A DNA stretch of 64,000 nt from Styela clava (Eukaryota): assembly GCF_964204865.1 (NCBI RefSeq), contig NC_135255.1, positions 8,432,001-8,496,000 on the forward strand. The letters are read 5' to 3'. Positions within the stretch are counted from its first letter, which is position 1, and each line of letters begins with the position of its first letter. Shown here piece by piece: positions 27,101 through 40,400 of the stretch. The notes under the pieces were generated by a model. It did no database searches and was not told the origin of the DNA. It worked only from the letters and a program-made list of their open reading frames with translations. The translations under genes and the position numbers were made by a program.

Positions 27101-30100
27101 TTTCCATGATCTTTCTCCAGTCTGTCATAAAAATTGGAAATTGCCTCTCGTGACGTTTCTGCCAGAACAAGGTCATCAACATTGTCGTGTGAGCGCCACT
27201 TTTTAGCTTCTTCCACCATAAGCTGAAAATTTAATCATATTTTCGTCGATACAGCGTTATGCAGATTTTCTGTCAATAATATATCCATGAAAAATCTTAT
27301 TCTCACCTTTAAAAACAAAGGTAAGGGTGATTTCTCAAACGCAGATAAAATTATTTTGGTTTGTGTTTCCGTAAGGCATCGATTGACATTCCCAAGACAT
27401 TTCTGCAAAATTTCCTTTGCTGTTTCAACATTTAAGCTGTTAACGTTCTTCATGTTTGATTCAGGAACATATTTCCTCATTGTTGGAACGATTTCAAAGT
27501 CCGGCTCTGGGAGTGAAGATATTACAACTCTTACATTCCCTGAAATGATCTTTGGCAACCATGTCATCCTGTATTTGTAGAAATCGGTATTGAAAATGTA
27601 TGTAAATTATGTACAATGTGCATAACAGCGCCGTGGTGTCGGATTTCATTATGTTTCCAGTGGAGCTGGAGTCGTATATTAAAAGTCGGGAGTCGAAATT
27701 CTAACTTTGTCAGAGTCAGAATTTAAGAATTTTCATTGTGAAAATTTCAAACACAAACTCAAAAAGCTAATGTTTACTAAACATATCAGTCTATTGGAAG
27801 GGGTTGATTGCACAAGCCAATTCTTCTGTTGTCAAAATTTAATATTTTCAGAGCTGAAGTGGGAGTCAAACTTATTAAAACCCTGTGTTACACACAGCTC
27901 TGGTTGATTTTATCTACAAAAATACGAGATTTACAGAATAAAATCCTGTATTTCAATTATAACTTTCCTACATGAATCTAAAATTCTAAAACACAATAAA
28001 CTACCGGTAAAAAAGTTGCATGCGTTTACTCGCCTGTGAGCACCGTCTTCAATTGATAATTGATCTATAGAATCTAAAAATATTGTCAATGTTCGGCTGT
28101 AATTGTTTTTCTCTAGAAGTTTGGAAATGTCTTTCAAAAGCTTGGAAAATAACTCGACAACATCGGCAAAGTTTTGAAGCCTGAATGACGGTGGTAAATC
28201 TTCTCCATATGCTGTGGATATTTGCAATATCAGACTCTGAAATAAAGTAAGGAAGAAACTAACATTATAGTTTACCTTTTTTTTACTATAATAATATAAA
28301 AACCGTATTACTAATGAAAAAAGATTTATATATATACGTTTCATGTCGGTTTAAATTGAAATAAAAAATGAGCGAAAAAATAATAAAAAAACAGTTGAAA
28401 AAAAAACAGTTACTTTTGTAATCAGTTTTTGTGACCTGCAAATGAAATTTAAGTCAGTATAGTGCTACATTAATAGCATTATTTCAATTACTAACCGTAA
28501 GCAATTTATGGATGTTAGATGAATCTGGTGAAGTCCCTAGGAACCGGTATACAACGAAAGATTCCGATGAACGATTTCGTTCTTTCTCGACTAATTTTGC
28601 CATGAGTGATGTTTTTCCACTCCCAGAACTTCCAACCAATACTATGGGATGCTGATTGTGCGGATCGTTAATGAGATCAGATATTTCGCCTGAAAAGTAA
28701 ACGTTTTCAATTCACAGGTAACTAAAATAGATTTTGTTATCTTAGCGACAACTCAATTCCAAATAAACGCGACAAAACGTCACATAAAGGCAGCACAACG
28801 GACCCAAGTAAGCATTACCATATTGATAGCATCCCATTCGAAAAAAAAAATATTATGAAACCATAATCGTATACCGTTCTATAACATTCACGATCCATCA
28901 CCTATATACAGTTCAATATGTAGTTTATTCAATATGATTTCCGGATTGCTCAATATTCACAGTTAAGCAAAAGCATAGCCAGCGTTCTGTCCAACTTACC
29001 AATCAATTGTTCTCGTCCACAGAAATCTGTGGTTTTCAAAACTTCAAAATTTGCATGGTGACCAACTTCTTCTAAAAGCGAGTCATCAGCCATCAACATT
29101 TTTGCATGTTGTTTTCTGTCCTCCATACATTTTACAATAATTCTTTTGATGTCTGATACAAAATCTCCACTCAGGACGTCTAAATACTTTCCTTTACCTA
29201 CATCTTCAGCATCTAAGTAAATCAATATTTTAAGCATAAAAAAATCAGTTCTAAGCCAAATTATATTCGAATCCAAAGTCAGGTAGGGTTTATAGAATAT
29301 CTTCTGTTTAGCATTGACCAACTCACCAGAATAAACTGCTTCCAATTGCTTAAATGTTACATCATATTTTTTGAACATCTTTTTACCTTCAGTGCGTTGT
29401 TTTACATTTTTCTTCAGATTTTTTAACAGTTTCTGAAAATACATATAGTTTCTGAATGGACATAGTAATAGTTATATTAAAAATTTATAATAGAAAATAT
29501 AACATTAATTAACGACAAATAGATGAATAATTAAGTCTAGAGAGCAAAGCCGAAAAAATACTCTTTTCATCTCAAATCGGTGACTAGATTAAAATTGCGG
29601 TAATGGTTTGCAGAAAAGAACATCATAAAAAAATGTCTGCTTTGAAAAAAGATTCAAAATTTTATATACTTGTCTTTCTTTGTCTATTGTGTCTTCTCCG
29701 TCTATCATATCTACATAGATCCCTGCTTTTGATTCACCAGTGTGTTTGAGCAAATCTGATATTTCACGGTTGTAGGCAAGAAATCCTCCTTCCCGATTCT
29801 GTAGTCCTTCTTCTATTTCCATCTGCGTGACTGTACAAAATACGGATGAAATTCAAATTCACGGCTCATTTTGAAGATAATGGATAAGATGCGTTTGATC
29901 TACGAAGTTATACGTTCTAGTCGAAAAGGACCTAGTTTTAGTCGAAGTGTCAGTAGAAGAATACACCATAGTAAAACTTGTTTTGAAATATTTTTGTTTG
30001 TGTGTATCGACAAGAGGCAGTAGGGATAGGCATTGACGGTGACTTATTCTCCGCACAATAACGGAAAAGAAGTTTTGAAGAGCAACTATGACGTTACATT

Positions 30101-32549
30101 GGACTTAAGAGCTAATTATGACGTCGTCGGATATAAATACTTCCAAACAATTTTCTTCTACAAATCCTTCGAAGGTTTTGGAATTTGACGCACAAATTTA
30201 AAGTTTAAGTAGCATTTTAATGATAGACATGGGTTATGAATGCCTGTGGCATCATCATCAATGGTGACGTAAATTTACACTTTGAAGATATCAACTTTGT
30301 ATACTTTGTACATTGGACTTTATTACTGTTGTAAAATAAAAACGCTTTTCTCGCAACTGTCAGCCTGATCGGTAAAAAGCTTCCGTACTTATAGATGGTT
30401 ATTGCCGCTTGGATTCTATCACTTTTATCTTGTCAAATTTTCTCCGAGTCCTATGATGCTCGATATTTCCTTAAAAATTTTGCTATTTCACGTATAGTGC
30501 ACCTCCTCGTGGCATTTCAATAGACCAGCCGCCTTTTTCGAAACAGCCGATGCTCACTTTTTTAAGACGGCCTTACCAGTACCGGTGTGAATTACTGATG
30601 GCAGTGATACTGAATTTGCAATTCAGGTTTGGAACTTTTGAATGACCAGATAATGGATTTTTATTTGTAATTTGCTTGGGCCACCGGTATTGCGGCGAGT
30701 TATTGGACATTCTGTCCATATATACTTGAGCAGTTCTCTCTTCAGAAAAACGCTTTAATATTATTAATGGAAATACCTTGTGCTCGTTATTAGATACTGT
30801 TTAAATAAGAATTACTTGATTTGGAAAATCCCACTTTAACTTCCCGAGGGACAAGTCCGCGGTCTGCAGCGATATTGGCCGTGTCTTTGATGACTGTTGA
30901 CAGTTCTTTGAAGGTCGTATTCCATCCTTGTCTATCAGCCTCTCTTTCCTCTTCAAATTCCTTTGTGATGTCATCAAAATGCGAGTAAATTTTTGTGATT
31001 GGTTCAAGTATTCTTGCATGGGGAATACTATTGGTATCTAGTTTATACCTGCAACGATGAAAGGGACTAAGTAAATATACTGATATTTGTGAGTAATAGT
31101 TACGTATGCAAGCGAATTCAGTATAGCTCACTTAATTTAGTTTGTCATCATTCAAACAATAGCTTCCTATAACTATGACTTGTCACTTGTGCGTTGGCTT
31201 ATTAATAAATTATAACATGTCGAAGAAGCTTTATTATATATTTCTACCTTAATCTTTAAAACAGTATTTATTTGAATAAAATTAAATTGAACAAATGTTT
31301 GGTCTACGCGGATGGTTCCCTCCCAGATATAAGACTCACCATTTGTCTAATAAACCACCTTTGTCCATTCCCAGTTCGATGGCAACATGATGAAGCTGCG
31401 TAAACACTGTATCCGGTATTGAATTAGGAAGAGGTTGATATCCGTATCGGTTTCCAAAGAATACCTAAAGGACAATATTAGGGTTTGTGATATTTAGTTG
31501 CGTCCGATAACATGCTCTATCTTTAAATTCCTCATACAACTCTACCTTTTTGAGTCAAACGGTAAGGAATACGTTGCGTGCTAGTTGAAAATAGAAACTC
31601 CTTTTTGGTAATGGAATGTTGATTATTACTCATTCGCAAGTCGCGTCGAAACAGGCCATAAATTTTTATTTTATTTTTTGACGTCAATTAACACGGAAAC
31701 AAAATAATTATTTACTGTTTTGATTATTTGTACATACCACAAAATAAGGACCCAAAGAAATCCGTTTGCAGTTTTGAACTTCAAGTAAACAGAGAGCAGT
31801 CGTTGAGTGATCAACAGATGCAGTATCTCTGACTCCCCATCTCATGTCAATTGCTTGAAACTCAAGTCCAAGACTCTGACAGAAGTTCCTCAATTCTGGG
31901 TAGGCATGAATGTAAAGTACATTCCTCTCATCCGTCAGGTCTGCAATAGCATTGGAAATAAATATTCCGACATTGACCACATGTGTTTGATTATAACCTA
32001 AGTCCTGTGCCGTCGAATATTCAATGACATATATATATCAATAAATTCGCATGTAGTTCGTATAATAGCGCGTTACTCGTCATAACAATGACCTGAGCAA
32101 TGCAATAACCTTTATCACTAATCCGAATACTCAAGCAATCTTTCTTAGAACAAATTTACACAAAGAAAAGCGTATCGCATTGCTAAACCTTACCAGAAAT
32201 ATGCAGATCGTTTACGAATCTTTTTACTACGGGTAAACCGGCATTTGAAAAGGCGAAAATGAACAATTTCACTTATAGGAAAATGCAACATGCATTGCAA
32301 ATTTAAGGCATCCAATTGCATTAATCTAGTAACGTGGACCTTCTCGACATTTTTACCGCTTCGGTATACGGGCAGAATAAAACCAATTTGAAAAGGTTTC
32401 AATCCATGTTTTATCACACATCCATCTTTTATACCTGAAAATGTTGAACTGACAAATATCCGAACAATATTCGATGACGACTTCTTTTCTGCGCGAATCC
32501 TCCCTTTCATCAGGTCATTCCGGTAATTAGAAGATTTTGTTGTTTCCAT
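12141..32549 (-). CDS. NACHT and WD-repeat domain-containing protein (NWD1/NWD2-like): DUF4062 + NACHT NTPase + WD40 repeats
   Basis: Exon 1 METTK...IVRIFVSSTFS; exon 2 DLTDERNVL...AIDMRWGV...LCLLEVQNC; GNRYGYQPLP (31464-31340); Walker A GSSGSGKTSLMA (~28600-28640); Walker B TIFLDSIDQL (~28060-28090); PLPLFLK; WD repeats (GSLMVWD ~21950, KKVVLWK ~18950, SITIWDTETG ~12390). Over 20 exons; the extreme 3' exon is uncertain. Confidence 0.9.
14344..14916 (+). CDS. LINE ORF1 (gag-like), internally deleted
   Basis: 190-aa ORF upstream of ORF2. Retains an IQKTMASTKLPYEEAK motif like that following the zinc knuckles of I-group ORF1, but has no CCHC knuckles. Confidence 0.6.
   Translation: MDGDESPTSSGVKRKGDDSNSNAQSKVKINTISQENDVIQKTMASTKLPYEEAKNHIKQTISETAQFSANDFPALPSKVPFQGSTPVLMIRKSKDILSSDKSSQQAPIIGQFSRPNSKEVNEDKNAPISLDPIHFFAFIAEVIKNTLEVSQSGKECDVYAIVSMSAGAQFGFDVDAGNLKNAIKQHSTKK
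14919..18567 (+). pseudogene. LINE ORF2 (APE-RT-RNase H), disrupted
   Basis: In-frame TAA at 15249-15251 and 17563-17565, frameshift/deletion at ~16370, short deletion near 17225 (LLRLLR/SLVRPIIEYG). Confidence 0.9.
19097..19264. mobile_element. Palindromic MITE with GG-starting TIRs and internal TTAGGG-like motifs
   Basis: ggtactctcgtagtatgtgaacca...tggttcacatactacgggagtacc. Degenerate 8-bp TSD aaaaattg/gaaagttg. Confidence 0.8.
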
Positions 32550-34417
32550 TTTTTATCTTTTATGCAAAACAGCTGAGGGATTCGGAGAAAGGTAAAGGGA
32601 AATAATAGATGAAACACGTTAGGTAGATATAATTATAAAATTTAAGAGAGTAAAAACCTTGATAACATTAAATATTTTAAACCTGATAACTAATATTCTA
32701 ATCTATAAACGAGTTATTTGTGAGTTTGTAATGGATTATTCAATATTTATTATAAAAATAAAAAATGCACATCAAAAGTACTGTTTTTGAAGATGACTGT
32801 GTCGATTTTTAATATGTGAATTATGACAGCGAATTTCAGTGGTAGTAATTTATATTTGTAGCTACTTGTCTTAAATTTATAGTGCTGTGTCGGAAAATCT
32901 GATGTCTACCATAATGATAAACGTAATATATATTAGTCAAATATTGTAATATGAATATCTTTTTCTTAAAATAAAACTTAATTTGCGTTCGGCTATTCGT
33001 TTCAGTTTCAAAACCTTTTGCATTTTGAAAGAGAGATAACAAGCTGGTAGGGTAACGGGGATCATAGATAGCCCTTGTATCATGTAACCAGTCCTCAAAT
33101 ATTCAACTGCCTTCAGTTCAAAGCTTGATTGGTCCTCTGTTCAATATCTTTTCCATAAGCTAAATATGCTAGTATTGAGCAACTCTATTAAACCTGCTAG
33201 CTTGATATATATAATTTTTACTGTGTAGTCAAGCGTCTACACTTTCACATATATCGCCGTATAGCTGCATATCAAGATAAATACGAGACCCGTAATTTCT
33301 CACGATTTACACTATTTAACATGACTGACAGATGCGAGAAATCACACTATATCTAACAATCATATACAATAGAAAGCTTTCCATGGCAAGACAGAACTCT
33401 CTATGGTGATTTACCTTTGAAGCGTTTGAGTTTGACGACTATTATACTCTTCATATTTACGTTCCATTGTTTGGTAAAGGCGAAGACTTATTGTTTACGC
33501 TCACGTAATTCATTCATTCGGCCCAACCGTGAATGAATTCCTTGTTGATCTTTTTATGACCTATCATTGCGATATAGTTACGTGAGTGTTGTTGCCTTTT
33601 GGGAACAACTTTTACTTGGATAAAACTCGTGAACCGCCCAGCCGTTAAATATACGGACGTGCCCCTAACAACTCAGCGAGCTAGTGTTGGCTTGCCAAAG
33701 TCAAATTCCAGGCTAATGGCTGGAATGGCTGGCACCGCCACAGCCTTATACAAGTCTTAAATATACAGTATTTTCCAAAATATCAGGGTGATTTGCATAA
33801 CTCGGTTGATTAGTACCAGCAGAATGCGTAACGGTACTCTCGTATCAATGAAAATATGTGGCGAAACAAATTTAATAATCCTGTGTCGAATATTTCATAT
33901 TCGAATAAAACTTTTTTCGTATTATAATATAATGTGACTGAAATGACCATCCAGTTCGTAAAATCTCGCTATATTCCTGTGAAATATTTATAAGCAAATG
34001 TATAATTCCAAGCTCAAGCACAATTTGATTGTGTAGGAAATCAAAATAGTCCTAATAAGAATAGCGTATACTGACGTAAAATTATAAATCTTGTTGCTAG
34101 ATTCATTTTGGTTAAATTGACAGCAAATCATCAATTCCTACTTAATCAAATCGATTTTAATAGGCTAAATCGTAACCCGTAACAATTTTGAATACTAACT
34201 GTATTTATCGTGGTGTATCATATTTATCAAGTATTCTAAATAAAGCCCAAGCCTTACATAACTTGAGTTACATTTATTAATTTACTTGCATATGCCCTAT
34301 GTTTGGTATAAGCAAAAAAAGTAAATTGACTTTTGTGAAACAGAAGTTGAACAATTGGCACTATGATTGAAATGACAAATGAAACAAACAATAATATTAA
34401 TGAATACTGATTAATAT

Positions 34418-37400
34418 TTAAGATTCATTTTCGGCAAAATACGACCTCTGATTAATGTAATCATCATTAGTTTTTGAAAGGAGCACCAGAGCAGTATCCG
34501 ATCCTTTGGATTCAATTTTGTATTGATCAGCATTCGGAACTCCACACCGGAAAAACTCAAGAACTTTTCCGGGTAACTTCTGATTATCGATTAAAGGAAC
34601 GAACAAAATTGGATTAGCTTTTTCTGGAATGTTGTTTCCTAAAACGAACAAGAAGAAAGTATAAAAATAACTATGAATTGGTAACATGCGATCCCATATT
34701 AAAAATTTTGGCCCAGAATTATATTGGGATTTGCAAGTCACGCATTTTACTAGAAATATATTAAAATGACATACGATTTGGTTTGATAAATTTTGATTGA
34801 ATATGGACTAAAAATAGAGCAACAGGTAGTGAAAAAAGTTTTCATGATGTGTTCTGGTAGGATACTCTCTCTCTCTCTATATATATATATCATTTTTGCT
34901 GCACGGCTCTTTCACTTCATTTATTGCATCTCATATTTGTATATACAGTACACATATCAGCCTTTTCTTCCCGTTAGTTTAGTCATATTACACCATGCTC
35001 TCAATCACACGAATACTGATCAAGAAGAAGAAGGAAAATCTCATGTTCTCAATTAGATACAAACGTCATTATTCAGACCCCTATTTATATAGAAAAAACA
35101 ATTATCGAAGAAGTGCCAGTATATCAATATGGTATTCAAAATTCAAACAAATTGATATGCCTTGAAATAATCATGTTGTGTAAAATCATTATCGCGATCA
35201 AATTACCAAAACTTTTTCAATGGTATAACGTTACCTGTGATGTATGACGCTATGACGGTGATCAGAATTGTCCAACTTGCGCCAAATAATCCATAATAGA
35301 GGAAAGATATTGAATAAAAGGTGTCTGCGATGTGTGGCCTATAAATATATACAGTTAATTGCACACCATCTTCATTCAAAAATATTTTTCACTTACAAAA
35401 TTTGGTAGAAATCATCAAACTGATTTAATTTTAATTCACTGAATTTTTTCATCTTAAAATTTATTTTTACTGGGGAACAAGAGTGCAATCTACAAAAACA
35501 TTCTCAGTGATAAGCCTGGTTTAACATCAGATATAAGAACCAAAATATTCAAACAAGTCTACCATATACGTAGAATAAAACATCACTACGAAACCCAATT
35601 CAAGGATGTAGCGTAAGTCATCACTTTAACAAAACAAAAGCTAAAAAATACAGAAATCTATAAGCTTTTCGATTGTTTCTTAAAAACTATATTATATATG
35701 TGGTCAATTGCTAAATGTGCGGTGACAAATATTGCACGACATGTCGCATCACACCACAGTCCACATTACGTCGAGATTACATTTACAGCTTTATAAAGTT
35801 GCTCAAAATGTACCATAATTAAATGTTTATGGCAAATTTTCAGTTTTTTTTACCATTAAATAAACGATTTAAAATATAGAGTAGTATGAATGATTTCATG
35901 CTCAAACAGGGGGTGTTACAGTCCAGCCAACAACAACGTCTTACCTATCGTGCTTGATTTCTTCTGAAATGGCATTGTTACCAATCGTGGTAGGATGAAT
36001 ATTGTTTATCGTTGTTGTGTTATTGATAAAACCATCAACTCTACAAGCGTCGGTTGAAATTGGAAGCATTTGTGCTTTCTCTGGCGACAAACCATGTAAA
36101 ACTGCTCCTATAGCCATCCAGAGGCTGAGAATGGAACCAAGGACAAATCCCGACAATACGCCCTGTAAATATGATTTTTTAATTCCAAAACGGGAAAAAG
36201 CGCATTTCAAATCTAATCGTAAACAGTAACAAGAGTTCAATGCTCAAATATAAGGAAAAAAGACTCGCTAAGGCCTAAGAGCACCAAGTTTGCGACAAGC
36301 AATACAGAGGCGGTCGAACAATGCAAAATGGAAGGTATCGTCTTTCATCAGATTCCCTTCAATTGAAATGAATCAGTAAAATGTTTGGTAAAATATCTGT
36401 TCCCACCGGACTCAGAGAAAATGATTTTACAACATATAAGTAATAGGCTGCTAGCAACTTCTTCCATGCTCAAATACGGAAAGTTTCAAATGAATTGGCC
36501 CATTAGTTGAGGACAAGGATTTTTTCCCGTTCCCGTAACAAAGTGTTTATATTTATGGTTTTAAAGTAGGGAAATAAAAAATGATTATACCGTGAATTTT
36601 GGAAAGAGGTAATTCTATTCAATGCAAATACCACAAAGCGGCTTATAGCAAATTTTGCTAAAGGATTTTATCGTGCTCGAGAAAGACCAAAGACTGATCT
36701 TTCCAAAGATCAATCATTTTTCTCCTTTGGCAATTGCCGTGTCAAGCATGCTAATTAGTCAAATGTACCATTCGAAACATTCCCCCCATACATGAAACAA
36801 AAATTTGAATTTTTCACTTTTTCACTGTGTTTGCTTATTCATGTTTTATCAAGAAATTTCATGCTTGTGGCTAAGGTACATCAATTATTTTTTATAAATT
36901 ACTCATCGGCACCGTCTAAGTCAACAATGGGGAATTTGAGCAATCCGATTTCGCGAACTTTTGGTGTGAACCATAACTAAATAATAACATTGGGAAAACC
37001 TCGCAAAAGAAATATTTACAACAATTTTGAATAACAAGAGGCTTTAACTGAGGTTACCAAAGTACCCCAAATAATACTTTAGTTAAAGGAATTGGCAGAA
37101 AACGAAACTGATTAAATTTATTTTTATTTTAATTAGAATTACCTTTTTTTGTCCAAATTTTTTAATTATATATGCAATTTTATTTCGAAGTTTAGTTATC
37201 AGATAACTCAAAGCCTAGGAAATTGTTATATTGTCGCCCACATACTCATGCAAAATATAAAATTTATTTACTATTTTATGGATGGAAAAAAACCAATCAA
37301 TATTATGTCTAAATATTACCGAATTCAATTATTCTTATGTTGCGGCAAGGCTTAGTTATATCATCTTAGACTTAAACTGTATTGAATGAAAGCATATTTG

Positions 37401-40400
37401 ATAATTTGCACAACATATTTTGACGAGTTTTATCGAAATAAGAATAACAAGAAGTTTAAATTATGGTTTCCCACTTTATACTTGATGCATTCGATTTTTC
37501 GATGATTCTTGTAAAATTAAATTAACAGTAACAACGTTAAACATTTTCACAAAATACAAGATTAATTCAAAAATTTGTGACGAGAAAATGACTCTTTCCT
37601 AATTCGAACCCAATTTTTACAAAGTTGTTTGGTGTCACCTTGACGTTAGTTTTCGGCAAAAACATTCCTGCCAGGAAGACCCCAAAAATTGGACCTCCAA
37701 ATGCACCAAATGTTGACGTTGCTATTTGTATAGTTGTTGATCCTAAGTGTCCTGTTATATACGCAATCACTGTCACGATGCACCCGATTATGATTGCTGT
37801 AATGTGGAAAAAGATTTTGATACTGTCACTGACTATGATAAAGAATTCCTACAAGAGAATTGGCAATCGGACGGAAGGATTTTTAGTTAGATCGAGTCGA
37901 TCCCATTTATCACATGTATAGAACAGAGGATGCAATCAGCATTAGTCGATCGTTAAATCGCTGGATTTATCTTGAATGACCAACACCAAGTAACGTTTTA
38001 GAATGACAGAGTGACCCCACAAAAACGTAACTCATAAATTTTTCAATTACTTTTATAAAAATAGATGAATGAAAATTTATTTAGCACTTGAGCTTCTGTA
38101 TGTGTATGATTGTAAGTTTCAGTAATTGGGGGCGCTTTGTGCAAAAAACAGGTTCTCTTTAGAAAACGATTCAAATGCCTTCTTTTTGTGTCACCCTGTA
38201 CTACATTTAATTACTTGGTTATTGGCCAACAGGTGTGTATAAGTAACTTTGAATAAACAAACTATACTGAAATTACAGAACTTTACTTTATTCTTACCAC
38301 AGAATTTTCCCATGGTAAGCTTCTGCCTCGGTGTAAGATTTTTCTTGATTTGAAAAATATAATCATGAAGAATAATAACAGATAGTGAATTGATTCCAGT
38401 TGACACTGTACTGGAGACAAATTCCGAGTTAGTAAACCACTTATCATACCTTGAAATCAAAACTTGTCACAATTCTTGTCGAATGTCGAGCCAGAACTGC
38501 ACCATTTGCTATGTATTTTAAGCGACCAATTAATTTGATATCAATATCACCACAAACGCATTGTTGCCTTAGTCGGACACACAACATTTTGAATTGTGCT
38601 CAAGACAAAGTCGGTTAGATGCCAGTCCAGGTTGTTTGGAGTATATATTAACAATCCATTAAGGTTTTCACCTCGTTACATTTCACTGTCAGGTATAAGG
38701 GTATCATTGGTATATTACAATCTGGTTATTGAAATTGAGTTTTCAACATGAATGGTTTCGAATAAACGGAAAAATCAATATTTTACATCTTTTATTTTCA
38801 TCAATATCTAAATACCTCAGAGTCCCACTACATGCTGCTGCAACAAATACTCCTGCCATGCCAGGAACGTGACGGAAAGTTTTCATCATCATATACGGAA
38901 TCGATTGATCGTGCTTTGCAATTTTCCTTGAAAGAATTGGATCGCAATCTTCAAAATACGCGTACAAAACACATCCGTTTGCTACCGACAATAAAAAGAT
39001 GATAGACGAAGGAAAGATGAACGCTATCAGAGCTCTGTTAAACGCAATAAAAATTAGGAACGATTCGGCATATTTTTTCTCAAACGCAAAGAACGAATAA
39101 TTTTCCTACTTTCTTGCATTTTTGACGGAATTACAGGAGACGACTCTCTGAACCATTGCCTGGTTAGTACATGTCGCAGCACTCTGTAACATGCTGTGTC
39201 CGACTAAAACAGAAAATAGTGAGCTGCGAATCGTTGGATCAAATGTAACTCTGAAAAATAAGGATTTTGCTCAAAATATGATTATGAAGATATTTTCTAC
39301 AAGAGCGAGATAGACAAATTAAAAAATAAGTTTTTTCTCACTTGAATATGTTCAGTCTCCCGCCTCTGTTAATTGCGTCCCAAACATCTGTTGGTCCGCC
39401 AACCAAAATAATTCCTTGTATTAATAAAGCTAAGGATCCAATGAACATTACTCCGGATTGAACAACATCGGTCCAAACAACAGCTTTGAATCCACCCTGT
39501 TATAATAAGAAATTCATGAATGAAATTGAAGATAGTCTACTTTGTTCTATGGAAACTCATAATAGGAACTGACAAAATATATGTAACATGTAGAAAAAAT
39601 ATATTATATATAACACGTTATTAAAATAACGTAGTATATTTGAAGGATGTGCCAAATTGACACAGTAACGACAAATTGACGATAGAGAACGACAGCTCAC
39701 AGTGAATCAAATAAAAATGAAGATTTTTAAGTTAAACAACTCCGAAAATTAGAATAACGAAGGTAATACTAGGGGTGGGATAATATAGGGGGGGTCTGTA
39801 GATCGTTTTGTTGTTTGTTGAATGGTTGTTGTTCATGTTGTAAAATTGTCTTTTCAAGTAAATTGATCCTATCGCATTTTTTGTATGATCAAGCAAATTA
39901 GTGTTTAATTATGAGGTTTTTCCTGAATCTAGGGGATATGCTCAAACAAACAGGTATCGCGGCGCATCACCTTCACCTTCATATCTTGCCTTATTGTTTC
40001 GCTGTTGTTTGATTTTTGAACGAATACAAGACAAATTAATAATATGAATCATCTTTATATATTGTGCGTGCGCTTGTGAAACAAATATTTTCAAACTTTT
40101 GGTATGTATGACGTTAATGAAGTGACGTCTTTACGAATTTCTTCACGTCTGGAAAACATAGGTTAGGGTTTTGTTCGATTGATTGCCGAATATTCGCAAC
40201 AACCAATTATTATATATTCCCAATATGACGAATGCATGCAAGCATGGTTACATTTAGATCAGGTTGCTCTAAGTCGCTGAAAACAAGGTGAAATAATACT
40301 TGTTGTGTTGTTTGGAACTCACCAGTTTGAAATGGGGCCATGGTTCATCTCCAGCTACAATTCATGATGAAAACATGATTGGTATATTTTTGGACTAGCC

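Noticed and set aside
33580-33760. GC-richer intergenic stretch as a possible ncRNA
   Set aside because: No tRNA, snRNA or snoRNA boxes or stable fold could be supported by eye; more likely a repeat fragment.
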